Shown: piece by piece, positions 29,901-43,851 of the stretch
Layout: the number at the start of each line of letters is the position of its first letter
Position numbering within the stretch: the stretch's first letter is position 1
From: Fimbriosthenelais zetlandica
Lineage: Eukaryota
DNA: 64,000 nt
NCBI GenBank assembly: GCA_977030845.1
Contig: OZ365112.1
Span: 20,460,001 to 20,524,000 of the forward strand
Direction of reading: 5' to 3'
The notes under the pieces: model-generated
What the model was told of the DNA's origin: nothing
The model's database searches: none
What the model saw: only the letters and a program-made list of their open reading frames with translations
Translations under genes and position numbers: made by a program

Positions 29901-32900
29901 CGCTTTTTCTACCAGCTATATCCATTGGCTGTACCAGCTGTATGCCTCTGCAGCCCCAAATTAACCATTTAGCCAGGCTCAGAACACGGCACAGACTTCT
30001 GATGCCTGTTCTGCCAAACGTCTCCTGACAGTCCGACAAAGGGAAGCGAATCAAATCCTAAATAGCTTTGTAGGCATCAAATATTGATATGGCTGGGAAT
30101 TGCTGAACAATTCCCCCAGGAAACTATAGTCGAATGCGGTCTGCCTGATCCCATATCCCAGTTTCCGACAAGGATATAAGCCAATTCTCCAAGAGAACAG
30201 AACAGAACCGCATGACGAGTCACGTTGAGTATGTGCATAGAAACATGAAAGCTGTTGCATTGCTCTGCTTCTAGCTGTCATTTGTAGAAGGCATGATAGA
30301 GCACCAGTACAATAATTCCAAGTCAATACTTTTTGCTTATGGATTAATGTACTGTATTTTGTTGTAAGTTGTATTGGATGGGGAGATTAATTGATATTGT
30401 ACAGTCCATGTTTTAGTTTCTAAGCTCGGGAAAGACTTATTACATAGTGCTTGCTAATATCAATGGAATTCATGGTGAAAAAAGGATGTAAGGCTGTTTA
30501 GTATATGGAAACAGTGCAGCAATCAAGGGAGTGAAAAAAGATACAACTTCACCACCCATACAAGTAAGAGGGGATGAGGGATGCCGATTATTTACAATGT
30601 TTTTTCCTTCAGACTATACTTTCTACTGTAGATAAAAATTATCCATAAAGAAACAAAAACCTGATAGGATCAGTGAAGAAGAATGTATCTCAGGGAAGTG
30701 GGTGTATACATTTTACTCATTTTAAGCTGGCCATGGGGGATCATAGGAAATAAAGGGCTGCTGGGTTTTAGAGAAGAATTGGATCAATATACATTTTTAA
30801 CAAAACTTGTTACAATAGGCGTTCACATAAAGAGAAAAGATTATCCCAATGAGGTTATGAAAGAAGAAAGCACTTTTCCAGCTTCCACCTGGATAATCGC
30901 CATACATCTTCTACCACGTTTCGTTTGACAGATGCCTCATCGCACACCCTCCCCGCAGGCCAGATCACTGACAATGAAAAGGATTCCTTAGGTTCCCCGA
31001 CTGAAATGTGCTCACTTCAATTAAGTGAACAAATCCAGGAACCGAAAGATTTCTGAATGCCTCTCATCCTATCATAAAGAGTAGAACTTTTACAAATATT
31101 TTTGGAATGTGTAGGAAAACTCAGTGGATATGTTGGGAGATTTCCAAAGAGAGTTGGGAGATGTTCCGCTCTATAGTTCATTGCATGCATCTTGTTCCTC
31201 TTTTCTACCTTTCCCTTTTTCTCGTCTCCCACCCACAGTCTCAGACCATGTGGAAAAAAACTATTGATTCCACAGTGATAGCTGGGAATAAGAGATCCTT
31301 CCTCCAGGGAATTCCCCAAGATAATTGGATATATCATGGTATTTATTTTACCACTTTATTGATCTCCATATGCATATCTGTCTTCTTACATGGACGTAGT
31401 ATTCTTGGTGTCAATCCCCTTGATCCCAAACCAGAGTTCAGGTATATCAATGATAGAGCGTGACATTGAGATACATGCATCCCATAGTCCAGAGACAGAA
31501 GAGAGCTTCCTGGGATGTGTCTCTTCCATTTTGAATTTCAGAATTCAAAGCACTTAACTGATTGGACTTTGTTCATTTTTGCCTAGACTGACATTTTCAT
31601 TCTGATAGCAAATAGTTGTTGAAAGACAGTAACCGGAGGGAAAGCTGGAATAGGAAGGGAGAAAGGGACGGAGGGAGAAGTGAGAGACCTCATCTCCTGA
31701 GTCATAAAAGTGGTCCCGCCATCATCATCATTATAACAACCACTATCAATGGTGTACCTCTATATGACCCACAGAAGCCATATACTCTGATGAGAAAAGG
31801 CACCTTCCACCTTCCTCCACCTCTAAGCATCTCATAACCACAAGGTATAATATCGACTGCATCACCCTCCTCTCATGATGAGATTGACTGGCGATGAAAA
31901 ATTCACACACAGGTTCTTGTGAATCTTCCCATAAATATCAAATATCCAAATGAACCAAATGTAGACTGGGGTTCGAAGAGGCACAGAATCCCACTACTTG
32001 CATGGTAACAACATGCATGGTAGACATGTGTGTGAAATCCATTCCTCTTAACATAAGAAAATGCACCGACTGGGATGATTCATATACATGGACACAGAGA
32101 CAATAATTATAAAAAGATACAAAGTCATAAACTACAAAAGCATAAGGTATGTAAACCTTATGTTCTCAGATCAAACCGTATCTGACGACGTTTAAGTGAA
32201 AGGATGGCCGAGACAACCGAGATTCCCATCAAAGGGGCCAGGCTACATAGGAGAGGGAAAGAAGGAGGAAGGACCCCACAGGAGCAGTTACTAGCCTGGA
32301 GGCGAGGTGATATAGAGCAAAATGGTGATGTACCACCACAAGCTCCCATCCAGACCCTCCTCTATTTAGACATATATCACGTCTGTCCGGCCCTCCAATA
32401 GGGCAGGCATTTAGCAGCAATACAGATTTGTAAGCCAGATTATGGCAGGCAGTAGACGCAAATAGGTGATTTGATTCTCACCCAGTACCGGCATCTGACT
32501 TGAGCTGTGTGATGTCTTTTTACAGACGTATATAAGTGAAAATCAGAGAAAATATCAGCTTTTACCTGGAGGGAGCAAGTCAGACATATCAACCATGTGA
32601 TACTCAACCCCCACAGCACTTAAAAGGTCAATGTTACCTCCTCTCCCCGCTTCCTGGATTAACATACTAACTCTCAAGTGATGGACACATACATGGACCA
32701 TCCCTAAAACCCTCCCGGGTAAATGGAGATCCTCCTGCCCACCACCAAACCAATATATCCACAGGGGAGATTCGGGGGATTCAAGGAGGCCATTGAGGTG
32801 GAAGTATAGGGTTGAAAGTGTGCGACACGTATGGGGTCTTCTCTGAGCTCATTGCGAGGGTAGAACCTCTGAAATTCAGGGGGATGTTCATGTGTTGTGG

Positions 32901-35900
32901 ATGAAGAATAATGCTCAAGAGTTAATTGAAAAGGTTTGGCTGAAGGATGGCAACAAAGGGTCATGGCCTCTTAATCCTAAATGGATTACCTGTAATAAAA
33001 GTTAATCTCATCTGTGAGACATTTTAAATTCCAAGAGAGCAGTGCATCGAGGCCAAGGTGGCAGGATTTTCCAGGAGAAAAAAAGATCCCAAGTTCCAAT
33101 TGCTAAATGAAAGCCAGTGGATGTGCAGCAAGTCAACAGAGTTTATGTGTTGTGGACAACAGCTGAATCTTCTTTGGACCTTTCTTATTGGTGTATTTAG
33201 TAAGGATGCAATGCTGTGGACCAAAGGCTTCAGAGAGAAGACTCTGTGAAGGCAGAGAGGGATCATGGACCCGAGCAAAGGATGAGGCGTCCTAAAGCTC
33301 CACTGGTCGAGGTATAATTGATCTGGGGAAAGCGAAGAAAAGATCTGTATTCCACATCCGAGCTTTTTGTACAACTAACTCTTTCTGTGGTGGAGTCATA
33401 AACGTCTTATAGGACCAACGAAAGTAGTGGATGAGGGAAAGGAATAAGTGAACCTACTAGTTCTAAATGGTCATATAACTATGATCTGACAAATTCTTTC
33501 CTCAGGGAAAGATACAATTCAAAATCAGAAGCAAGTCACAGTCCTAAAAATCTACGAGAAATAGACCATTAAGATCACTGAAGAAAACAACTAATCTATA
33601 CTAAAATATATGTATGGAGTATGGTTTATGTGGCTTCCAAAAGAATAAGGTGTGAATGTTGCGGAGCAACAACAAAGTTTGGAGTTTGTTTTGGCAGGTT
33701 CATTTTCGACCAGAGATAAAAGAGATGTTACCAGACCACCAACATTCCGCATACCGGTGGTATTTATCAAGAGGGTCCATGTACAAGGATTCCCTATCTA
33801 TATGCTTATAAATGACTTACATATAATTAAGGACCTTTGTTATTAAGCTATCAGTACATGGAAGCAGAATTGCATGAATACAACAGAAGTAGATGTATAC
33901 ATGCATACACATAGAACGATTGGCGTGGATGTCAGCTATGCACCTAAACAAATTCGAAATCCTTGTTCCGATTCGTGTCTTGTGAAAGTGTTGGGCTATA
34001 CCAAGTCGCGCCATCAAATACTGGCTTGGGAATAGAAGCAGTTATTGAATGGCCTGAAGGCCTCCCCTCCTAGCAGTTCTCATGAAAGGGCAGGGAGATA
34101 ACCCTGAGGACCTACCACATGCATACAGATCTATCTTTGCTGAAAATCCCCACCTTTCACTTTTTGCACTTCATAGAGGCAATATTGAACATCAGTTATA
34201 CGAGAAGAGATTTACCTACGGCACATCTCAGAAACATATCAGGAAAGTCTGCACATGTTTCATCACTCTTATCATTTTTTTTCTTCAAAAGTCCGAACAA
34301 TCAAACAATTTTGAGTCTAGTTGAGGACCTTTGCACATATGTAGGTACTCTGATTATGAAATGGAGTCCCTATACACCGGCACAGACTATGAATATACAG
34401 ACCTCTCAATCTCTGTGGACTGAATGTGCTCGATCACAAAAACTAAAAACACAGCAAGTAGGTAAAGCAAGCATGTGGTGGATGTTTGTTGATTCTTCTC
34501 TTTGAATGTTCTAGAACTTAGTACGTCATCAATAAGGCCTTTATCTCCTATATTTGTCTAGTGTCTCTTTTGTGTACATGTTAGTAGGGTATACATCATC
34601 AAACATTACACTTGAGGAGTATACGAAATAAACAAGACCAACGAAGTCTTTTTCCATGAGTTTCATTTTGGGTGCAGCGAACAGGGCACAATAGCTTCTG
34701 CTTCGATACATTTCACTATCATCCAGGGAAGTCGTACGAATGCAAAATGATAATCTATGACTTTCTAATGATCTGTTCCACAAATAGGGAAATCATAAGA
34801 CAGGTTTAGCAGAAGGCTGAGGCTCATGCACATCTTTGTACCACAGCCGAAGTTTTAATGTAACTGGGATTTTATTTGCTGCAAGATTAATGTCAATGAG
34901 CAGCTGATTGATGGACATGTTAGCTCCTTAAAGAGGCGAAAGCTTCCGCATATCTGAGTTGCTCTAACTGACGCAGTTATTGCTAACATTCAAAAATGAT
35001 GGCAAAGCATAAAACTGTTTGGTACACCCAAAATAGACCATCGGTAATGTTTGGGTCATCACTGCTTATTGACTGACATTATATAAATAGAAAATTAATT
35101 GATTGTATGAATTGTGAGAAAAAAGAAAATAGGTAGAAAAAAATGAATGATAAAAAACGAACTGGGGAGCAATATTGTTGGACAGTGATTGGGTAGTACA
35201 AGTGTTCCTCCCAGAAGTAGAACCAAGGTAAAATCGATGTTCCATTTTGGAATGCTTATGAAAAAGGCAGGAAAACAACATTGCTGGCAAACGAAAGGAT
35301 CTTTCACAGTCGTATAACATTTGTCTTGGAAGATGGAGCAGCGGTGGCCAGGTTGTACAAGATATAGGGCCAAGAGAAGTGATTTATGGGATACTCTTAT
35401 GTGGATAAAAAGGAAAAGCAGAGACAAGGCAATGGAAGAGGTGCTGGAAAGTCCAGAGGTCCATACAATGCTTAGGGGGCCCTTTGAGTGGACTAGGCAA
35501 AGCTGACCCAAGTGACAGGGGACATCGAGAGATGTGGAGAAAAACAACGATATGTCTGTTTTAGAAACGGATAGCAGCAACTGTTATAAAGCACTGCTGA
35601 GCCTGGAAACTCTGTACAAGGACTTTAAGGGTCCGGTAAGTATGGCAATGACAAAATGTATCTAGGGTTGGTCATATTTTTATGATACAGATTGATTGGT
35701 AACTCTGCTCAGAGTATTGCAGGCTGTAGATGCTTCAGACATCGTCTGCCTGTTCCATCTCTTATCATTCAAACAAATCCTTCTCAAACACGAGCAGAGC
35801 TGGCCTTGGGCTCGATGATAGACACAGACTTGAGTCAATGTTTGAGCAGACATCACACTTAACTCTTTTTTCCTTCGGCAAGCGATGAATATCACATGGA

Positions 35901-38900
35901 AGCTCCATGATAATCATTTCTCGCTCCAACCAATTTATATTTTTTCTTGGCTTCGATTTAAAGATACGAAGCAATGTTAAATATAAGGGAAAGATAAGTG
36001 GATACAAGCTAGGCGTCACTTTGCTGATGAAGATATAAAATGAGAGACATGTCGCTGTTCATGAATGTAACTTTACTAAAATGCAATTTGGATTACCTAT
36101 TAGCCAGCGTATTTCTGTCAGAGAATTACTTGCCAATTCCAGGCAACTAAATAACCTTTTCGTACAGGACAAGCACGTTTCTCTGCTATTCCCACAAAGG
36201 GCCAACTTATCTTGGACCTTAACATTCAGGCCAATGAGGCACTCAGTAAAGAAAAAATCAATAGCCTTGAATTAGTGACTTGCCTTCCTAGCTTTTCCAT
36301 TGCCAATGATGTACCAACCAAACAGACATTCCCCAACGATGTTCACATAGCATGCTGGTATAGGCTGAAGCTAAATACTAGGTCATCATTTGTTACATCT
36401 CACTCGAGCAGTTCCATATACATGTATACATGCTCGGGAAGTGCTCATATGAATGTGATCTATGGCTCCTTCTCCCAGCCTGACCAATTTGGGCTTTTTT
36501 GCCTTTCTCTGCAAGCCAGCAATACAGTTGGTACGGTCAATTGAGTGGCAACAAACCACTTGCAGCATCGAGATGCGATCATTTGTATGCAGTACATTCC
36601 GAAGAGTGCGTGGTGCAGCGTGAAGGGACGATGTCTGCCATTCTCTTTTGTCATGCCCACCTCTCTGGCTTGATGCCTGGCCTGCTATAGTTGGTTCTTG
36701 AAAAGCAACAGAGTACTGGCCGTAGAAGCCGACTAATGTTTCTATATAGAGCGGAATGTTTCTATGTTTAATCATATGGCCTCATCATATGTAGTATGAA
36801 AGTTCTTACTAGTCGTAAGATAGTCAGGTTGGTATTAGGCGAAATATTCATATTGGTTTCTTCTAAAGATTTGGTATATGAGATGGGCAGATTATCACTA
36901 CTGTGATAACAGTATTATGTAGACTAATTGGAGATGTAGCTGTGGGGAGAACAGATCCTATTGCAAGCCCATTTACCGAGGCTTAATGCGCCTCTCTGCT
37001 CCTATGATTGCCAAAATGAAATCTGGCAAATAATCCCTTAATTAATTACCTTCCCCGAGGCCATTGTCCAACAGCTGCCTTCTATCACCTCCCCCAGGCA
37101 ACTCTCCAGCTAAAACTAAAGTGGCAAGGCATGGGCCAACGAATCCATCAAACTGCTTCAACTTCCCCATTTCCAATGAGCAGTCAGACTGTTCTGGTTT
37201 TTCAAAATCAAATTTTTGACTCGGTTGTCATGGATTCAGTGTGTAAATCTTGTTGAGTGGAATATCAGCGATGCCTCGCATGCCACTTTAAATTCAAATA
37301 ATATTTCACCATTGAGATCGTTGCTTAAATTTCTGAAGAAGAGACTGTCACTAGGCAAGCAGCAGCACATATTTATGGGGAGCTATTTGATGTCATTCTC
37401 ATTTTGACATTGAAGTGACAGGTGTGAAATTAACAACGCCTCATATAAAAGCACCAGATGGGTGCTTTATGGAAGGTGCAGGATATTGGAATATTGTTTC
37501 CAGCCCGACTATACATTTCCAATAGTGTTTTTTTCAAGGGGGAAAATGTAACCAAAGAACAAGGAGTGGGTGAATTTGAGGGAAGGGCTGTGATCGTAAG
37601 GCGAGATATGAGAATTAGGGAATACTCTGGGGGTCGGCATCAATTTGGCGTCGTCTACAGCGCCTGCCTCAGGCGCTGTTAGAGCCAAGTGTTTTGGGCT
37701 CCTGGGGGTGGATCGTCTTCCCTAATTGTGTCGTGAATCTGGCGCCACATTTTGATGAAGTGGTAAGTGTCAGTTATACAGGGTGATATTATGATTAACA
37801 AGCTCTCTGCTGACCGATAACCCCGTGTTCCATAGATCAGTGTGCCAAAAGTGATCCGCTCTGACCTCCAACAATCAGTGCAAGGCTGTGTTTATATAAA
37901 GGGCAGCAATATGAGCAGAGATCTGCTGAAAAGTCTGAGAATAGGTAGAAAGGAGGGAATAATAACAGGCAACACTGGTAACCCCTCAACACCCTCCCAC
38001 CATGACCCTTTGCCTCTATAACTCTATTTCTTGTTACATTGCAAGGAGAGCTGACCCGAAGACAACGTTGCTATTCTAAATGCATCCAGCTCTCCAGCAT
38101 ACTCTAAATACACGACACCCTTGATGACAAATCAGTGAGAAAGGGCCATTCAGCATCTGGATCTGTGCATTACTATGTTTTTCATAAGACCGAAATTATT
38201 ATGATGCATCAGGGTTATTATTACCTCCATCATTTACATATAGACAGACGTGGAACAGTCTGGTATATATAGGGCTTTCAGGGAAAGCAAGGCCACAGGC
38301 CTATAACTCCAATCCATCAAGTAATTACCTCATGTCCACATGTTCTACCACTCATTTATATCTCTACCCCATGTATATAGCGTGTGCCCGTCCATTCTGC
38401 CCTGACAAAATGTAGTCTGCACTTAACCAACCAACCAACCAAGCTTATCCCAGGCTCCAACCGTCCATTCTTCCCAATAATGCACTGTATTCCAATTCAC
38501 CACCTAGCCCTCTTTTCCACATTGAAGGGCGCCACATTTCTGGCAATGCATCCTTTCCTTCACAATGTACTGTCGATATTCCAGTAAACAGCTTCAAAAG
38601 GCTGCATTTCAAGGAAACCCTTTAGGAAGATACCAACATTCCTCTGGCTTCATCGACCATATATTGTGTAGAGCAATGTAAATGTAAATGTGGCATAAAG
38701 TGTTTACCAGATATAGGCAATGTGGATCTATATGTGGGAGAAGCTTTCATTTATACCAGAAATGAGCAAAATTGGGATGATTTTCTACCATCTAATCCCT
38801 CTTTTCCACGATCCTGCTATTCACAGGCGTGGATTAGGGACACATACAAACATGGACCAATAGGCAAAACTGGAAATTACTTGCAGCTCATCAGAAGCAA

Positions 38901-41900
38901 TCGAACAGAGGACCATATCACTGAATGAGTGTGCTCACTTCTGGTGGAAACTCTAAAATGTGGCAGCCACACTTAACAGCGGGTATTGAGAATAGATTCA
39001 TAAATTGATGTCATAGTTTGAATCCTGCAGATGCTTTTATCCACTAATAAAAATGGAAATTTTGACGTAAAAACTTGTTGAGACTTTCAAGTTTTTTTTA
39101 TCAGTGGAAGTTGACCACTCGTTGGTCATGTCAAGACCTAACCCCTGACCGGGTTTTCCACAGCAAACCAATTACAACCTTAACCGATGCTCAGGGCCAA
39201 TTTGCCAGCCTCCAGCTTCACTGGGAACTTCTGGCCAACCAGCCAATCCATCTATTGCCTACCACCAGCACCACTGCTGTCCAATTTTCCTACTCTCCTT
39301 CCCAACTCGATCAAACGCCAACATTCAATGCTATTAAGTTTCTCCGGGTCCCTGTGGAGGGGATGAGGGAGCGGAGGGCATGGGGAGAGGAAGTGACTTC
39401 ACACGATTAAATGAGTGACATTCAATCAAAGATTCCATCACAGCTTCATGTAGCCTCGTGATGAGGGACGGACATTTCATAACGTAGAGACTGGCATATA
39501 AACCAGGTCTAAAACAAGCTGACCATATATACTAAATATACGATATCGCTATTTTATGGAATGCCATGAGGAACGATGTATTTTGGATAAGTTCACAAGA
39601 TGTGTTCATACTAAATTATACGTTTTTCGAGGCATCAGAAAAAGGGAAAAAAGTACACTTTCAAGACGCTGTCTCCTAAATGGAATTTGTAAATCTGAAA
39701 AGATTAATGCATAATATAAAGCGCTGGGGTGCAAGAAAACTAAGGGCACTATATCGTTGTAAAAAAAACAGTGCTTCACCCTTTCCCCCACTTCAGTCTG
39801 GGAGGGGGGCTTACATTATTGAATAAACCTCACTTAATATGAGTGAATTACAGATGTTATACAGTTGCCAACCCAATGTACTCACGTCAGCTTTCTGCAC
39901 TCCCTGAGAAAACATTTTTTCCTCCATTTTTTTTTACCAGGGATATTAATAAAATGTCCCCCGGACCTTCTTGCAATAGGGGTGGGCTATCTTACCCTAG
40001 AGCTGGATGGGTGTCTGGCAGGTCTATTGGCAGAGGGTGACAAGGGCACGCAGAAGCTGTCTTGTTGGCCCTGACTAAAGTCAATACACGCTAGGTCCTA
40101 TCTACTCCCATAGAAACTTTCACCGGGTGAAATTTTAAAGAAAAGTAATCACTGGGCATCTCTAGGAACACACTTAAACGGGAAACACAATCCAAACATG
40201 TACGACCATCATGATAAAGTTCAAATGGATTTGTGAAGGAAAAAGTGACACAGTTTGAAGACAAACATTAAGTGACTTTCCTCGTTATTTTACAAGAGTA
40301 TATAGACACAAATCAATAGGAGATAAACAGGCACCAGCAGGGATCCTATTATAAACATAAAAGCCCTCCTCCCTGAGATGAACATCCTTAGAGTTGGAAG
40401 GAAAACTGGAAGGGTCAGGGGGATCAATGAATTATTGACTTTGGTAAAGGGAGTAGCCAGTAGTCAAATGTTGCTAACATATCTAGCCCCACTGGCTGCT
40501 GGTCACCCATTATCTATCACACAACAGACTATAGAACAAGGATCATCACTTCATATTGAACATATTAACATTCAGCCAATGGACTCACTGCACTAAAGTT
40601 AGTGAGGCAAGACATTATTAAAACTGGCAGACATGCCTGGGGAGAAATCCGATTGAAATGAATTAATGAATTATTCGGCATGCAGTATTATTTCGCTTGT
40701 TTTCGAAAGTACATCGAAACATTAATCTTCCTAAAAGTCACATGTAGTTTTTAATATAAAACCATCCGGACTGATATATGGACACTCCTGTTGTTGCATA
40801 AATACAACGAGCAGCCCATCTGTTGGCTTTAAGAGGCGATTCAGTGGCCTGGAATTCAGTGATGAGTGGGTACTTGTAACCCTGGCAGATCAACTACAGG
40901 AATACAATATTGGTTTTGCAGTAGATGCCAACCCTGGCCCAAGTGCTCTCTGACTGGACCTATAAAAGAGTGCCGAGGAGGTAAAGTGTGGGCCAAGCCC
41001 CAACTGAAAACCCCAGGCCATGCCAAAGTGGTGGCATCCTCGTTAGCAGGAAAACTGCATGGGTCGGTTTTATAAAATACCGACGCAGCTTCATAAAAAC
41101 CATATGGCTGCTAAAATGTTATGAAATATGCCAAAACTCTGTTAGAAATGTGTAAACATAGTTCCTATATCTATAGATCTATAGGATGAAAACATCTTTT
41201 TGAAAAAAACTTGAAAAGAATCTCCATATATATTGGGTTACTTCATCGACTAAGTAACATAGATAGTAATTTGAGCCTATATTTGGTGTTGATTGTTATA
41301 GTTTTATGAAACATATCCCTGCAGCCACACGGCCGACCTGAACTATGGTATGCCACTCTCATGCCATACAGCCCCGAGTGAAGAGGGATGAGCTTACTAT
41401 GAGCGGAGATCATGAACTGGCTTTGGCAAATGAAGAGGAGTACGGTCTGTTATGCCAGACAGAATTACACTGGGTGCAAATGTGTGTGGGCTTAATAAAT
41501 GTGCTTCATTCCTCTCAGTGTCAGCAAAAAAACAATATCTGGGGCATCAAATTGAATCAGTACTTAGATTTAATTCATATGCAGGATTTTAAAAATCCTC
41601 AAAATGATGTATTTCATACCACATATCAGTATTTGAGCACAGCTAAAAATACAATGAAATAAGGTCCGCTTTACAGTAATTACTGTGGTAAATTCGATTA
41701 TTGTGGCCAGTGGAATATTAATTGCACCCAACATGAAAAGAGGACGTATCATGCAATGTTCGTATAACTGATCTAACTGAAGTATGACCGTTCTTCCCTA
41801 TGATCTTTTTACGCCATTGAAAGGAAAACCATGTCCCGGTTCTATATGTAAAGAATATACAAGACAACCAAAGACCCTGGGGGAACCCCAGAGGGGTATT

Positions 41901-43851
41901 AATGCAGCAGACAATGATTATATATTGGACTTAGAGCTGGTAAACATATCCTATACTGTATCTACTGTCATATATACATCCTGCCAAATGACATCAGACA
42001 TGATTAGAGACCTCAAAGTAGCCAGGCTCTATCCTCTGTAAGAGAACACTATAGCCGTCTTATGATGTCAGGTACACATCATTTAGGTCAATATATTCAG
42101 AAGAGGGGGAGGATTCTCAGAAATGGATTCATTTAAACTGAGGCAATGGTCAATATTGATGGAGCTAGACTGGGTGGTTAATGCTGAGTGTTACAATCGG
42201 AAAAAGGGGAATACATTAATGTAAATGAACTTTTCATAGGGAAGTGAAGCACATCCCATTCCACAATATGTGATATATAATATGGATTATGGGAGTATTG
42301 ATGTTTGAGAATGGCTGCGACTTCAATCACCTACAGAGTGGCTGAATGGTCATTATCAATCACGAGCATAAGGCAAATCAATCTTATATTGTTCACCGGA
42401 TGTTCTCCATTTCAAAGGGCTATTATATTCCATTTTCCCTGTGATATAGGTCTCCTTTGACGCCGCTATTAAGCTCGTCTTAGGAACTCCAATTGATAAA
42501 GCAATGTTCTGGAATGTCCATAGAAAGATTCTCCTTGAAAATCTGAACAGAACAATATTGAGAAATCCTGAACATGAAAGACTTTTACTAAACGCTCTTT
42601 AGAGATATGATTTTAGACCTGCTGTCATATTGATTCATAGACTGCTGCCTGAAGAGAGGGACCACACGCAGAGACAGGTTAGTTCTAGGGAGGGTGTTCC
42701 TGTAACTTGTGGGGAGAAACCTGAGCACTATCACATCCAGCCAGTCTCTCTAGCTGCTAGTGCCATCCACCATTGGGGTCTCCCGCGTGTAATTTCCATG
42801 TAATCGCCTTGCATGATTTCAGTTCCAATCCACACCCCTAAACACACGAGAGGCAATGTTCCCTTAAAAATATCCAGCCTGGACAAAGCATGAGGAAAAA
42901 ACAGGTCCCACGAGGGATTCTAATTTGAGGGCTGCCTCACTGCTTCCCCAATACCCCCAAGAGTTGAGCTACTCAAGTTAGGCTCATGGAGTGTTTGAGC
43001 TGAGAACGAGCTTGTAATTGTAACCCCAATGTGTTGGTAATCAACTATTCTCGTTCCAGGGATCAATTTAATTATTCAATCGATAATTTAATTGCCGTAA
43101 CACTAAATGATTGGCCAGAGGAAGGCTCCCTGCATTTGGGATGCTCTGCTTGAAAAGATTAAATCTCAATGGGCTCAACCATAGACTTGGTAATTTGCAT
43201 GGAGTCTATAGAGAACCCTTTCATTTTGCCAAATTTTGCAATTTCAATCCACCTTCATCTAGGTTACAATTGAAGAATTTCTGATAATGACAGATACGGT
43301 ACATCCACATCACAATGATCCATTTTCAAAAACAACTCCACACCATGGACGTGAACCAAGAAAAATACACTGCAGGCACAAATTTACTAAACTGACCTCG
43401 CCATGCAACATTGTTACTTGAATGTATCTAAGTTTGTCGAAATCCTGACATATTAAATACTGCGTTTCCCATGTATGAAATCAAAACATAACTTAAATAC
43501 ACTGAAGAATGGATAACTTTGCTTTAGTAGAAAAGATTTAGAAAGATAGTCATTACTCACCACAGGATGGTGCTTGTGACCGCGACCCTTGTGTCCATGT
43601 TTTGGTAGTAGGTTATCAGCCTCCTCTTCTTCTTTTGGGTCATCAAAAAGGCGCACCTGGCCCAGCTGTGACTGAGGGGTACTATCCTCTCCCACCTCTA
43701 CCTCCCCCTCGCCATCTTTCCTCTTCTCCTCCTCAACCCGTGCCCGTTTCCTTGCCAGGACTTTGTCGGGATCCCCATGTTTATGGTGCCTCCTGCAGTC
43801 CGTGCCAACTGCCAGCAAACAGCAGACGACAAGCAAGACGAGAACGCGCAT
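14968..43851 (-). CDS. SPOCK: Testican/SPOCK (Cow)-like secreted protein: signal peptide, follistatin-N module, basic linker, SPARC-type EC domain, thyroglobulin type-1 domain (11 coding exons, ~439 aa)
   Basis: Exons in transcript order: 43561-43851 ([19 protein letters not shown] signal peptide, H/E/K-rich), 25886-25949, 24822-24927 ([23 protein letters not shown]), 22766-22817, 17532-17582, 17269-17416, 16933-17088 ([21 protein letters not shown]), 16237-16440 ([11 protein letters not shown]...[26 protein letters not shown]), 15961-16032, 15215-15352 ([28 protein letters not shown]), 14968-15005 (stop). All are GT-AG and phase-compatible (1320 nt). The EC followed by TY domain order is the testican arrangement. 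Linkage of exon 1 across a 17.6 kb intron and the short linker exons are inferred from phase and splice signals only. Confidence 0.85.
19505..19705. repeat. Degenerate ~36-bp minisatellite (about 5.5 units)
   Basis: Units at 19505-19540, 19541-19576, 19577-19613, 19614-19646 and 19647-19682, plus a partial unit. Consensus approximately CCATTTCCATATACTACTGATGAYRCCATACATGGG. Confidence 0.85.
23843..23862. repeat. Perfect 20-bp palindrome CATGTGACCATGGTCACATG
   Basis: Directly read; it is its own reverse complement. Confidence 0.95.

Noticed and set aside
34541-34783. 80-aa minus-strand ORF with protein-like composition inside the SPOCK-like intron 1
   Set aside because: No recognisable domain or splice framework; within the size range of chance ORFs.
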